DNA from: Spirochaetia bacterium
Lineage (GTDB): Bacteria > Spirochaetota > Spirochaetia > DSM-2461
Length of the DNA stretch: 64,000 bases
Reading direction: 5' to 3'
Assembly (NCBI GenBank): GCA_963668315.1
Contig: OY764216.1
Span: 5,280,001 to 5,344,000, forward strand
In this document: positions 38,843 to 47,497 of the stretch, one piece after another
How positions within the stretch are numbered: position 1 is the first letter of the stretch
Layout: each line of letters opens with the position of its first letter
Program-made: the position numbers and the translations under genes
The notes under the pieces: generated by a model
Database searches by the model: none
Seen by the model: the letters and a program-made list of their open reading frames with translations, nothing else
What the model was told of the DNA's origin: nothing

Positions 38843-39479
38843 ACCCGGCCAGTTCCACAGTCTTGTTCAGAACCCGGCAGGCACCGGCGGCGGATAACTG
38901 CTCCGGGGTAAAGGAAGAGCTGATCCCCCAGCAGTCGCAACCGGCGGCGCTGGCTGCTTCGGCGCCGTTCAGGGCGTCTTCCATGACAAGGCAGTCGGCC
39001 GGGTTCTCTCCCAGCCTCTCGCAGGCGGTTCGATAGATCTCGGGATCGGGTTTCTTTTTAACCACGTCGTCTCCGCCCAGAACCGTATGGAAAAGAGCCT
39101 TGTCGATTCCGGCCGCTTTGAGATTGGCATTGATCTTTATATGGTCGGCGCTGCTGGCGAGCGCCAGTTTATACCCCCGGCGGCGGAGTTCCGCCAGCAT
39201 GGCCGGTACTCCTTCGAAAAGGCCGATTCTGTCGTCCACCATCTCGAGATAGATCTGATAGACCCGGTCTTTCATCTCCTTCTTATACTCAACCCCGTAT
39301 TTTCCCGCCACACCGCCGATATACCGGTCTTCTCCGGCACCGACGAAGGGAACAAAGTCCTCGGGCTGCGCATCCACGCCGTACTCTTTCAGACCGGCGA
39401 TGGCCGCCGCTTCAATAACCGGTTCAGAATCGACAAGAACCCCATCCATATCAAAGATGAGGGAAGTATAGATTTTCAT
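38832..39479 (-). CDS. HAD family phosphatase
   Basis: FDMDGVLVDS, ASS, KPDPEIY and EDALNG. Confidence 0.92.
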   Translation of the reverse strand: MKIYTSLIFDMDGVLVDSEPVIEAAAIAGLKEYGVDAQPEDFVPFVGAGEDRYIGGVAGKYGVEYKKEMKDRVYQIYLEMVDDRIGLFEGVPAMLAELRRRGYKLALASSADHIKINANLKAAGIDKALFHTVLGGDDVVKKKPDPEIYRTACERLGENPADCLVMEDALNGAEAASAAGCDCWGISSSFTPEQLSAAGACRVLNKTVELAGYVS

Positions 39480-39502
39480 ATATCTGCTCCCTGTGGGAAA
39501 TA

Positions 39503-40045
39503 TTAACCGTTTGTGCTCAGAAAATCCCAGATCAGCTGCAGGTTTTCCTCGGGCGACGCTTCATCCAGATTGATGACAAGATCGGCGATCTGCCTGTTCA
39601 GGCTGTCCCGCCTGAGATAGATTTCATGAAAGTCCTCCCGCGGATGCTCCTCGGAGAGGAAAGGGGGCCTGCCCTTCGCCATGATTCTCCCGTAGAGCAG
39701 TTCCTCGGGCAGATAGAGATAGACAACGCTTCCCTCTTCTCTTAAGAGGGACATGGCTTCATCATTCTCGATGGTTCCTCCCCCCAGGGAGATAACCGCC
39801 TGCTTGGTTCCCGGATTAAATCTCTTGAGAACGCCGCGGACCGCTTCGGTCTCAAGTTCCCTTAACCTCTCCACTCCTTCGGCACGGAACAGATCCCGGA
39901 CCGTGGCGTAATGATTAGCCGCCGGCGTATTTAGAACAAGCTGATCCAGATCATACCAGGCACATCCTTTCCTGTTGGCCAGCATATTGCCGAGAGTCGT
40001 TTTACCGCAATGTTTTATTCCGCTGAGAACGAGTGTTTTACGCAT
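39503..40045 (-). CDS. aroK: Shikimate kinase
   Basis: GIKHCGKTT P-loop, DLD, LRELE, SLGGG and GRP; start 40045 or 40060. Confidence 0.85.
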   Translation of the reverse strand: MRKTLVLSGIKHCGKTTLGNMLANRKGCAWYDLDQLVLNTPAANHYATVRDLFRAEGVERLRELETEAVRGVLKRFNPGTKQAVISLGGGTIENDEAMSLLREEGSVVYLYLPEELLYGRIMAKGRPPFLSEEHPREDFHEIYLRRDSLNRQIADLVINLDEASPEENLQLIWDFLSTNG

Positions 40046-40217
40046 AGGATATAATGGCATTTTTAATAGAACAGTTCAAGATGATAAGCATATAATTGGC
40101 CGCCGGGTTCATAAAAGAGTCTCCTCCCCCTGATCCGGTCTCCTCTTTTTTCCTCCGGAGCCGGTTCCGGCTTGACGAAAAAGTAAAAATAGATTTTTCT
40201 TTAGAGAGGGGGATCCC

Positions 40218-41423
40218 ATGTCTTTTTTCGTTTCATCCGACGAATGCCGCACAAGATTAAACGGCTTCAGGGATATCATGGACAGAGAATGTCCCGACTG
40301 GGAGATGGCTCTAATTCTGGACAGGGTCAATCAGTTTTACTTCACCGGGACAATGCAGGACGGCTTTCTGGCGGTAACCAGGGAGGGAGAACCGGTCTAC
40401 TGGGTCCGCCGAAGCCTGGAAAGGGCCCGGGATGAATCGCCCCTGAAAGAGATACGCCCCATGGACAGCTACCGCCGGGCCGCATCGGCCTATGAAAGGG
40501 TTCCCGAAAAGATCTACCTGGAAAAGGAGATCGTCCCTCTGGCGGTTGAGGAAAGACTGGCCCGCGCCTTCCGATTCAGGGAAACGGCCGGCATGGACCG
40601 GCAGCTTCTGAAACTCCGGGCGGTGAAATCCCCCCGGGAAAGATCCCTGATAGAGGAATCGGGAAAACGTCACCGCGAACTGCTGGAAATCCGGGTACCC
40701 ACCCTTCTTGAAGAGGGAATGAGCGAGATGGATTTCGCTTCCCGCCTTTTCCCCGAGATGATCAGCCTCGGTTATCACGGCATATCCCGCTTCTCCATGT
40801 TCCAGTCCGAAATTGTCATGGGGCAGATCGGATTCGGAGAGAACAGCAGTTATCCTTCGAGTTTCAACGGTCCGGGAGGGAACCGGGGTCAGCATGCCGC
40901 GGCTCCCCTTCTGGGTGATCCTGCACGCAAACTGTGCCCGGGCGATATGGTATTCGCCGATATAGGGTTCGGGTTCGAGGGATATCACTCCGACCATACC
41001 ATGACTTACCTTTACAGGGGTTCCCTTACCCCGGAAGCCAGGCTCTTCCATGACTACTGCGTTGTTCTGAGAGACCGACTGGCCTCCCGTCTCCGTCCTG
41101 GTGAAATACCTTCGGATATCTATCTGGATACCATGGAAGAGATAGCCCGGGAGGCTCCTGCGGGATTCACCGACTGCTTCATGGGCCGCAGGGGAAGCCA
41201 GGTAAAATTTCTGGGACACGGGGTGGGACTGCATATAGATGAGTACCCGGTCATAGCGAAAGGGTTCGACGAACCGCTTGAGGAAAATATGATTATCGCC
41301 CTGGAACCGAAATGCGCTGTAAACGGCGTTGGGACAGTCGGGGTTGAAGACACATTCGCCGTTACACCCGAGGGGGGGCTCTGCCTTACCGGAGGCGGAC
41401 CGGGAATGATTGAAATACCATAG
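40218..41423 (+). CDS. M24 Xaa-Pro peptidase family
   Basis: YFTG, RAVKS, D..GYHSD, GHGVGL, ALEPK and GVED. Confidence 0.9.
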   Translation: MSFFVSSDECRTRLNGFRDIMDRECPDWEMALILDRVNQFYFTGTMQDGFLAVTREGEPVYWVRRSLERARDESPLKEIRPMDSYRRAASAYERVPEKIYLEKEIVPLAVEERLARAFRFRETAGMDRQLLKLRAVKSPRERSLIEESGKRHRELLEIRVPTLLEEGMSEMDFASRLFPEMISLGYHGISRFSMFQSEIVMGQIGFGENSSYPSSFNGPGGNRGQHAAAPLLGDPARKLCPGDMVFADIGFGFEGYHSDHTMTYLYRGSLTPEARLFHDYCVVLRDRLASRLRPGEIPSDIYLDTMEEIAREAPAGFTDCFMGRRGSQVKFLGHGVGLHIDEYPVIAKGFDEPLEENMIIALEPKCAVNGVGTVGVEDTFAVTPEGGLCLTGGGPGMIEIP

Positions 41424-41445
41424 AGGAACCGGGAGGAGGAGTTAG

Positions 41446-42144
41446 ATGGAAATTACAAAAATCAGTGCATCCCTGTACGATGTATCAATGGGATTCGTCC
41501 ATGCCTATCTTATAGACAACGGCGGGGAGTGGGCCCTTGTGGATACAGGGATCGAAGGCAAGGGCAAAGAACTCCTTGAAACCATGGAGGAAGCGGGATT
41601 AAAAGGCTCCCTGGGGCATATCATCCTGACTCAGCTCCACGGAGACCATACGGGCAGCCTCAGGGAGCTTTACGATCTCACGGGCGCCGCGGTTTACGCC
41701 CACGAGGAGGAAGCGGATGCCATAGAACAAGGGCTGACCATGCGCGCCTGCGTTGCGGCTCCGGGCCTGCTTAAGGGATTAATGAACCGCTTCGTCATCC
41801 GCGGGGGCAAACCTACCTATCTGAAAGAGGGCACTCCTGTGAATGTGAAACTTAAGGGCGGAGAAACGCTTCCACTGGGGCCGGGTGTGGAAATCATCCA
41901 CACTCCGGGACATACGGCCGGGCACATCTGCCTTATCCTCAAAGAAGAGGGAGGAGTACTCATCGCCGGTGACGCCGCTTCGGGGGGGAAAGAGCCGGGA
42001 TACCCCATGCTCTTCGAAGACAGGGAAAAGGGAATGTCCACACTGCGTCAGATGGGTTTGCTTCTCTTCGATAAAGCCGTATTCGGCCATGGGAGCCCCA
42101 TTATGGAAAGGGCTTCGGAGAAATTCAGAAAAGCCTTTTCATGA
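41446..42144 (+). CDS. MBL-fold metallo-hydrolase
   Basis: LVDTG, TQLHGDH, TPGHTAGH, AGD and FGHG. Confidence 0.88.
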   Translation: MEITKISASLYDVSMGFVHAYLIDNGGEWALVDTGIEGKGKELLETMEEAGLKGSLGHIILTQLHGDHTGSLRELYDLTGAAVYAHEEEADAIEQGLTMRACVAAPGLLKGLMNRFVIRGGKPTYLKEGTPVNVKLKGGETLPLGPGVEIIHTPGHTAGHICLILKEEGGVLIAGDAASGGKEPGYPMLFEDREKGMSTLRQMGLLLFDKAVFGHGSPIMERASEKFRKAFS

Positions 42145-42177
42145 CGAGAAATGATCCCATGGCTCTGACGATTGTAA

Positions 42178-42365
42178 TCATGGATCAGGAAGAAGCAAAG
42201 AGCCGTCGATTATCTGAAATCTGAATCTGATCACTTCCGGGGGCCGTACCATAGGGCTTTTCTTCTCCTCCTGTCCGGAGGAAAGGGTAAGCAGATTCTC
42301 CTTTACCTGAATATCCAGATCCTTTTCATCAAAGAATTGTTCCTTTTAGCTGTCATATAGTTCAT
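42178..42365 (-). pseudogene. Deleted and frameshifted hsp20 paralog remnant
   Basis: GAGG SD plus MNYMTAKRNN, then in another frame FDEKDLDIQVKENLLTLSS, matching MNYMVTRNR and FSENELDIQVKENLLTISA of 29333-29764. Confidence 0.85.
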
Positions 42366-42417
42366 ATTAACCTCTGAATCGGTCATAGCCGACTTATTTA
42401 TCTTTCACTAGGGATAA

Positions 42418-42433
42418 TTCATATACCATGCCA
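42418..42433 (-). promoter_or_regulatory. Degenerate sigma54 promoter of the hsp20 remnant
   Basis: TGGCATGGTATATGAA versus TGGCACGGTATATGCT; the -12 GC has become GA. Confidence 0.65.
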
Positions 42434-42806
42434 AACATAAACAAGTTGATCCATTTAGTTTCATTGTAATGATTTATTTATCAATCAGGAGATTTTTACG
42501 GGAAAAAGCAATAGGGGAAGAACAATGAAGACCTGAAAACAGGGAAAAATGGGGTCAGAACTACCCGAAACATAATTCAACAGCCCCAGTAGGACATATA
42601 TGACCCACATGCGTCATTGTGATACATTATTATCAATTCAAAGATTACCCTACCGCCAAAAATACCTTTTCGAAATTCGTTCCCTGACGATGGGAATACG
42701 GTCTTTCAGACAATTTTAAATTACATTTATGAAAAAAACATCAAATATGTAGAAATTTTCCCAAAACGGTGTGGACAAGGAGGACATCTAAGAGGTAATA
42801 TTCCTC

Positions 42807-43030
42807 TACTGCCACGGCAGAACAGATCAGAGTCGCTGGACGGATTTTTTTTTGGAAATGATATAACTGAAAGAATCATTTACCGGATTCAATAGATTCC
42901 GGGTAAAATCATGCCTTTGTCCAAGGCGACATTATCTGCCGGGTAATTTTATTACGGCTATAATTTCATAGTACTTTCTTCATATTTTTCCCCGTGCCCA
43001 CAGATTGTTAATCAGCGGGCACGGGCCTTT
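42807..43030 (+). ncRNA. Candidate structured small RNA
   Basis: TGGACA..TAATAT promoter-like signal, long nested stems 42815-42941 and a closing hairpin 42991-43025; no sizeable ORF. Confidence 0.4.
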
Positions 43031-43065
43031 ATTCCCCGGAAGACAGAGTCGTATGACCCCTTTTC

Positions 43066-43566
43066 CTACAATCCCACTTCATCAAGAATGGACTTCAGGT
43101 AATTATCCTTCAGGCTGACATCCACTTCAAAAAAACCCAAGGTCGTATGGAAGGGAATAGCCAGAATAGGATTATTCTGAGGCCAGGAAATGGAATGATT
43201 CAGCCCCTGAACGACGAAGGGAACGGTTATATCCAGACTATATTCGCGGATCTTGCTCAAAGAGTTACCGGCGATAACATTGGTCATTTCCCCCACCATA
43301 CTGCTGATTATCTCCATCTTTTCCTCTCTCCCGTCAGGGGAAAGGCCGGAGTGGGCCAGCAGACCATCAACAAGATGGCTCGTTAGCCTCAGGGATACCA
43401 CTCCTTCGGCGGCCCCGGTCACACCGATGACTCCTGAAATATCCCAGCGGTGAGTATGCAGCCGGGCGATCAGGCTGGCCTTCCCGACAGAGGGTTTCTG
43501 ACCAAGCATGTTATCAAAGAGATCGATAGTGGAATCCAGAAAAGGATTAATATAGACAGCCTTCAT
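43066..43566 (-). CDS. cheX: Chemotaxis phosphatase CheX family
   Basis: YINPF, ISGVIGVTG, GEMTNVIAG (E-x-x-N), ITVP and IPF. Confidence 0.88.
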   Translation of the reverse strand: MKAVYINPFLDSTIDLFDNMLGQKPSVGKASLIARLHTHRWDISGVIGVTGAAEGVVSLRLTSHLVDGLLAHSGLSPDGREEKMEIISSMVGEMTNVIAGNSLSKIREYSLDITVPFVVQGLNHSISWPQNNPILAIPFHTTLGFFEVDVSLKDNYLKSILDEVGL

Positions 43567-43661
43567 TATCCTATCTCCCGTGAATATTTTTTTTATATTA
43601 CGTGATAATGAGAAAAATTACGATTGTTTTTTATTTTTTTTAACTTACGGTGTTCCGAGGC

Positions 43662-45017
43662 TCAGCCGTTCGGTCCAGGATGTTGCCGAACGGGAAAGGA
43701 AAGGGTAAAAAGAGAGCCCTTCCCCTGTCTGCTCTCTACGCCGATCCTGCCCCCGTGAAGCTCGGTAATCTGCCGGACAATAGCCAGCCCCAGTCCCCGG
43801 CCTTCCCCCGTCCGGGAAATATCGGCCCGGTAGAACCGGTCAAAAATATAGGGAAGATCCTTTTCAGCGATACCGGAGCCCTCATCTCCCACCGTCAGAA
43901 GAATCCGATCATCCTCCAGACCGCAGGAGACGAAGACAGTCCCCCCCTCTGGAGAGTACTTAAGACTGTTATCCAGAAGATTTCCCAGGGCCTGCCCCAG
44001 CCGGCCGGGGTCGACGGACCACGTAAATCCCCCGGGAAGAGCGATGCGGGTTTCCAGGCGTATATGCCGGATCCTTCCCTTGAGGTTCCAGCGGTCCACC
44101 TCATCCCTGACCAGAGCGGCCAGATCCGTCTCTTCCCTGTTCAGCCTGAAGGCTCCCGAATCGGTTTCGGCAAGCCAGTCCAGATCGGAAGCAAGATTCT
44201 TCAGCCTGTCCACTTCGGCAATGATCCTCCCCGCCCCTATCTCGCCGGAGACCAGATGATCGACGATTCCCCGGGCTTCCAGCCTGATACGGTTAAGGGG
44301 GGTCCCCAGGTCATGGGAAACATCTCCCACAAGGCGTTTCCGCAGCTCTTTCTGAACATCCAGGGCCTGCACCATTTCATCGAACGCCCGTCCCATTCTT
44401 GCCAGTTCGTCATCGCCCTTCCAGGTGAGTTTTTCCAGCCGGCTGCCCCGGGCAATCCGCTCCATCCCCTCGGTCATCGCACAGACGGGACGGGTGAGCC
44501 GGCCCGTGAACAGCCAGGCCAGCGCGGAAACGGCCGAGAGTAAGAGGAGCCCCCATATCAGCCTTTGCCTGAGCGAGCCTATCAGATAACTCAGCGTTTC
44601 CCCGGTCAGATATGATTTCCCTATGTAGGCGGTAACCGATCCCACCGTTTCTCCTTCCCGGTCAAGAATCAGACTGCGGCTACCACGGACCAGGGGCTCT
44701 TCATCCCAGCGGGACAGGCGGGAGAAGCTGTTATAGAGAGTGCGACCCTCCCAATCTCTGACAACCACGCGGATTAAAAGTCCCGATTCCGATTCATCGC
44801 TGTTCAGCCAGTCCAGCTCTTCCTCAAGGCCCGTCCAGTCTCCCCGGCGGAGATAGAAGTTTTCCAGCCTGCTGGTTATGAACTCGGTTCTCACCCGGGT
44901 CAGGACACGGGGGATTTCCCGGTAGGAAGAGTAATAATCAATAGCCGTATGGGATAGAATCGTCAGGAATATAATAAAGAAAAAAGTGGTCAGATGGCGG
45001 ATGAAAAGACTCTTCAA
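43662..45017 (-). CDS. Sensor histidine kinase (BaeS-like)
   Basis: Two TMs, HAMP, SHDLGTPL, NLLDNSLKY, DEGSGI, FDRFYR and GLGLAI. Confidence 0.93.
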   Translation of the reverse strand: MKSLFIRHLTTFFFIIFLTILSHTAIDYYSSYREIPRVLTRVRTEFITSRLENFYLRRGDWTGLEEELDWLNSDESESGLLIRVVVRDWEGRTLYNSFSRLSRWDEEPLVRGSRSLILDREGETVGSVTAYIGKSYLTGETLSYLIGSLRQRLIWGLLLLSAVSALAWLFTGRLTRPVCAMTEGMERIARGSRLEKLTWKGDDELARMGRAFDEMVQALDVQKELRKRLVGDVSHDLGTPLNRIRLEARGIVDHLVSGEIGAGRIIAEVDRLKNLASDLDWLAETDSGAFRLNREETDLAALVRDEVDRWNLKGRIRHIRLETRIALPGGFTWSVDPGRLGQALGNLLDNSLKYSPEGGTVFVSCGLEDDRILLTVGDEGSGIAEKDLPYIFDRFYRADISRTGEGRGLGLAIVRQITELHGGRIGVESRQGKGSLFTLSFPVRQHPGPNG

Positions 45018-45691
45018 TCATCCCTCCATGCCAGCCGGTAACCTTCGCCGTATACGGTTTCTATGGGTTTGAACCCGTCGCGGTGGATAAGATGGCGCAG
45101 GCGCTGTATTTGTGTATCCACGGCTCTGTCATAGCCGTCGAACTCCCTGCGGTAGGCCATATCGATCAGCTGCTGCCTTGATAAAATGCAGTTGGCATGC
45201 CCCATCAGGGCCGCCATGATTTCCCTCTGGATAGTACTGAGCCGGACAGTTTCACCAAAAAGGGTAAAAAGTCCCTCTTTCTGGTCCAGAATCATAGGTC
45301 CGCAGGAGAGCCTTTCCATGATGCTTCCCGAAGTTCTCCTCAGCACGGCTTTTATCCGCAGAACCAGTTCATCCGGATCAAAGGGTTTGGTTATGTAATC
45401 ATCAGCACCACCGGAAAGCCCCTGCAGCCTGTCGCTCCTGGCGCTCCGGGCGGTCAGCATAATAATGGGAATCTCCGATTCGCGGCGGAATTCGCCGCAT
45501 ATCTCGTTGCCGTCCCCATCGGGAAGCATCAGATCCAGGAGGATCAGATCATAGGTATGCTCCCGGAATAAGGCCCTTGCTTCACGGGCGGAAAGGGCTA
45601 GTTCCGCGGAAAAGCCGGCCCGCTCCAGGTATATCCTGATCCAATCGGCCGTCTGCCGGTCATCTTCGACAACAAGGATATTCCGACTCAC
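45014..45691 (-). CDS. OmpR family response regulator
   Basis: VEDD, LDLMLP, LTA, GADDYITKPF and ETVYGEGY. Confidence 0.94.
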   Translation of the reverse strand: MSRNILVVEDDRQTADWIRIYLERAGFSAELALSAREARALFREHTYDLILLDLMLPDGDGNEICGEFRRESEIPIIMLTARSARSDRLQGLSGGADDYITKPFDPDELVLRIKAVLRRTSGSIMERLSCGPMILDQKEGLFTLFGETVRLSTIQREIMAALMGHANCILSRQQLIDMAYRREFDGYDRAVDTQIQRLRHLIHRDGFKPIETVYGEGYRLAWRDD

Positions 45692-46164
45692 GGCCCGTTC
45701 TTTCCTTTACCCGCATCCGCCCCGTTCGAACCGGAGGTTCCCCCGGATGAATTATGGTTTCCCCGATCGGCCTCATTCCTGTCTCCCCTGCTTTCCCGCT
45801 CTCCGGCCTTCGCAGAGTTGACAGGAGGAGACAGGGATGCCATTCTCGTCCGGAAAAGCTGAAGGGCATCACCGGGTGAGATTCTCCCTTCCGATACATT
45901 ATCTATGAGTGAATCCAGCATACCGTCGAAATCGGTATAACCGGTTCGGAAGGCCGAGCGGACTTCGGCAAGACGGGCTTTTCCCTCCTCTCCGCTCAAT
46001 GTACCCGATTCCATCTGTGCGATAATGTTTTCAAAAGCAAGGGATATCGTTTCCCGGTAATTCGTCTCATCCCTGCCCCGGGCCTCGAGAGAGAGGGACA
46101 GAAAAAGCGTCAGAATGAGGAACAGGCATAAACGGAACAGGGAAAATCTCCTTATCTTTTCCAT
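45688..46164 (-). CDS. Secreted hypothetical protein with paired helical repeats
   Basis: Signal peptide ending EARGRDE; GTLSGEE and GRISPGD repeats; G/N/S-rich tail. Confidence 0.7.
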   Translation of the reverse strand: MEKIRRFSLFRLCLFLILTLFLSLSLEARGRDETNYRETISLAFENIIAQMESGTLSGEEGKARLAEVRSAFRTGYTDFDGMLDSLIDNVSEGRISPGDALQLFRTRMASLSPPVNSAKAGERESRGDRNEADRGNHNSSGGTSGSNGADAGKGKNGP

Positions 46165-46192
46165 AGGAAACCTCTTTTTTAAATTTAGGCCA

Positions 46193-46221
46193 AAATACTC
46201 CGCCTGTAAAGCGGAGTATTT
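46193..46221 (-). terminator. Intra-operon hairpin
   Basis: AAATACTCCGC / GCGGAGTATTT 11-bp stem between the two secreted-protein genes. Confidence 0.55.
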
Positions 46222-46239
46222 CGTTTTGTGATGGCGCGA

Positions 46240-46827
46240 TTATTTTCCGTTCCCGCTGTCAGAGCCGGGGCCGTCCTGAGTTTGATCCTTATCCTGATTC
46301 TGTGTCTGATCCTGATCCTGGTCGGGATCGCAGTCCTGGTCCTTGTCCTGCTGCTGTGTCTGGTCCTGGTCGGGTTCGCAGTCCTGGTCTCTGTCCTGCT
46401 GCTGAGTCTGATCCTGATCGGGCTCGCAGTCCTGGTCTCTGTCCTGCTGCTGTGTCTGATCCTTTGTCTGAAGTTTATCCTGTGTCTCATCGGGATCCCG
46501 ATCACGCAGTCTGTCCTGAGTTTTAAGCTGATCTGCCAGGCTTTCCGTTCCTTCCTTCGGCGTCATCTGCCTGCTTCCTACTGCTTCCAGGGTATCTTCC
46601 ATCCCTATCCTCAGCTCTTCCCGGATGGTAAAACGATTCTGCATCATTTTCAGCTCTTCCCGGGCTTCTTCAAGGGTAATCTCCCCCTGATCCAGTTTTT
46701 CCAGAAGACCGGAGAAATTTTCCTCCAGGACAACAGCCTGGCCATTTCCCGCTTCCATGTTACCTCTGGCGGACAAAATAAACGGAACAATAAGTACCAG
46801 TAAAACTAAGGTAATTTTCTTAGACAT
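46240..46827 (-). CDS. Secreted hypothetical protein with Q/D-rich tandem-repeat tail
   Basis: AAGGAG SD, signal peptide ending SARGNME, helical domain, three copies of DQTQQQD(R/K)DQDC(E/D)PDQ. Confidence 0.8.
   Translation of the reverse strand: MSKKITLVLLVLIVPFILSARGNMEAGNGQAVVLEENFSGLLEKLDQGEITLEEAREELKMMQNRFTIREELRIGMEDTLEAVGSRQMTPKEGTESLADQLKTQDRLRDRDPDETQDKLQTKDQTQQQDRDQDCEPDQDQTQQQDRDQDCEPDQDQTQQQDKDQDCDPDQDQDQTQNQDKDQTQDGPGSDSGNGK
46318..46461. repeat. Three 48-bp coding tandem repeats
   Basis: Units at 46318-46365, 46366-46413 and 46414-46461 with few substitutions. Confidence 0.9.
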
Positions 46828-46875
46828 ATTCTTCTCCTTCAGGTATAAACCTTACTCAAGGATAGAAGAAGAATA

Positions 46876-46891
46876 CGTCACAATTTCGTCA
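46876..46891 (-). promoter_or_regulatory. Putative OmpR-family direct-repeat box
   Basis: CGTCA-N6-CGTCA (11-bp period) about 50 bp upstream of 46827. Confidence 0.45.
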
Positions 46892-46899
46892 TCTGAAAA

Positions 46900-47256
46900 C
46901 TATTCCACATTCAGAACGTCTTTCATGGCAGAAAGAAAGGTGTCTTTGGGAAGAGCTCCCTGGGCCATCTGGGGCTGCCCTTCCTTGGGGATGAACAGTA
47001 TGGAAGGAATACTGGCGATTCCGAAGGCGCCGGCCAGTTCCTGTTCCTGCTCCGTATTTATCTTGTAGACATTCATTTTTCCCTCAAACTCTTCGGATAG
47101 TTCCTCCATTATGGGTGAAACCATTTTGCAGGGACCGCACCAATCGGCATAAAAGTCAATAATTGCGGGAAGCTCTCCCTTGAACTTCCACTCCTTTTCA
47201 TGTTCAAAGTCAAAAACCTTCTCTATGAAATCCTGTTTCGTCAAATGTTCAGCCAT
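46900..47256 (-). CDS. trxA: Thioredoxin
   Basis: IDFYADWCGPCK and SIP; GAGGAGG SD before MAEHL. Confidence 0.92.
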   Translation of the reverse strand: MAEHLTKQDFIEKVFDFEHEKEWKFKGELPAIIDFYADWCGPCKMVSPIMEELSEEFEGKMNVYKINTEQEQELAGAFGIASIPSILFIPKEGQPQMAQGALPKDTFLSAMKDVLNVE

Positions 47257-47330
47257 CTTATTCCTCCTCAAAAAATCAGCGCCGGACCATACCAACCGAA
47301 TCCGGTTTTTTCTCTGATCTTTATGATCTC

Positions 47331-47375
47331 TATATATTATATTTTTAATATATATATTATCCAGAATAATGTCAA
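47331..47375 (-). promoter_or_regulatory. trxA promoter with AT-rich inverted repeat
   Basis: TTGACA-17-TATATT on the minus strand; TATATATTA-N6-TAATATATA overlaps the -10. Confidence 0.45.
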
Positions 47376-47497
47376 ATGTTTTTTCCTTTTTTTCATTTTC
47401 TTTGTCAGATGCCTTTTCATTGTATTATATTTAAACAATGCTTGATTCGTATCCGGGTCTCTCTTGAAAGATACTGATTCCCGGTGATAAAGGAGAA

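Noticed and set aside
46318..46461. Tandem repeats as a possible CRISPR array
   Set aside because: Contiguous in-frame 48-bp units without unique spacers, and no cas genes
46228..46803. Very hydrophobic 191-aa plus-strand ORF (LILILCL...)
   Set aside because: Reverse-complement reading of the Q/D repeat; the minus-strand gene has the SD, signal peptide and operon context
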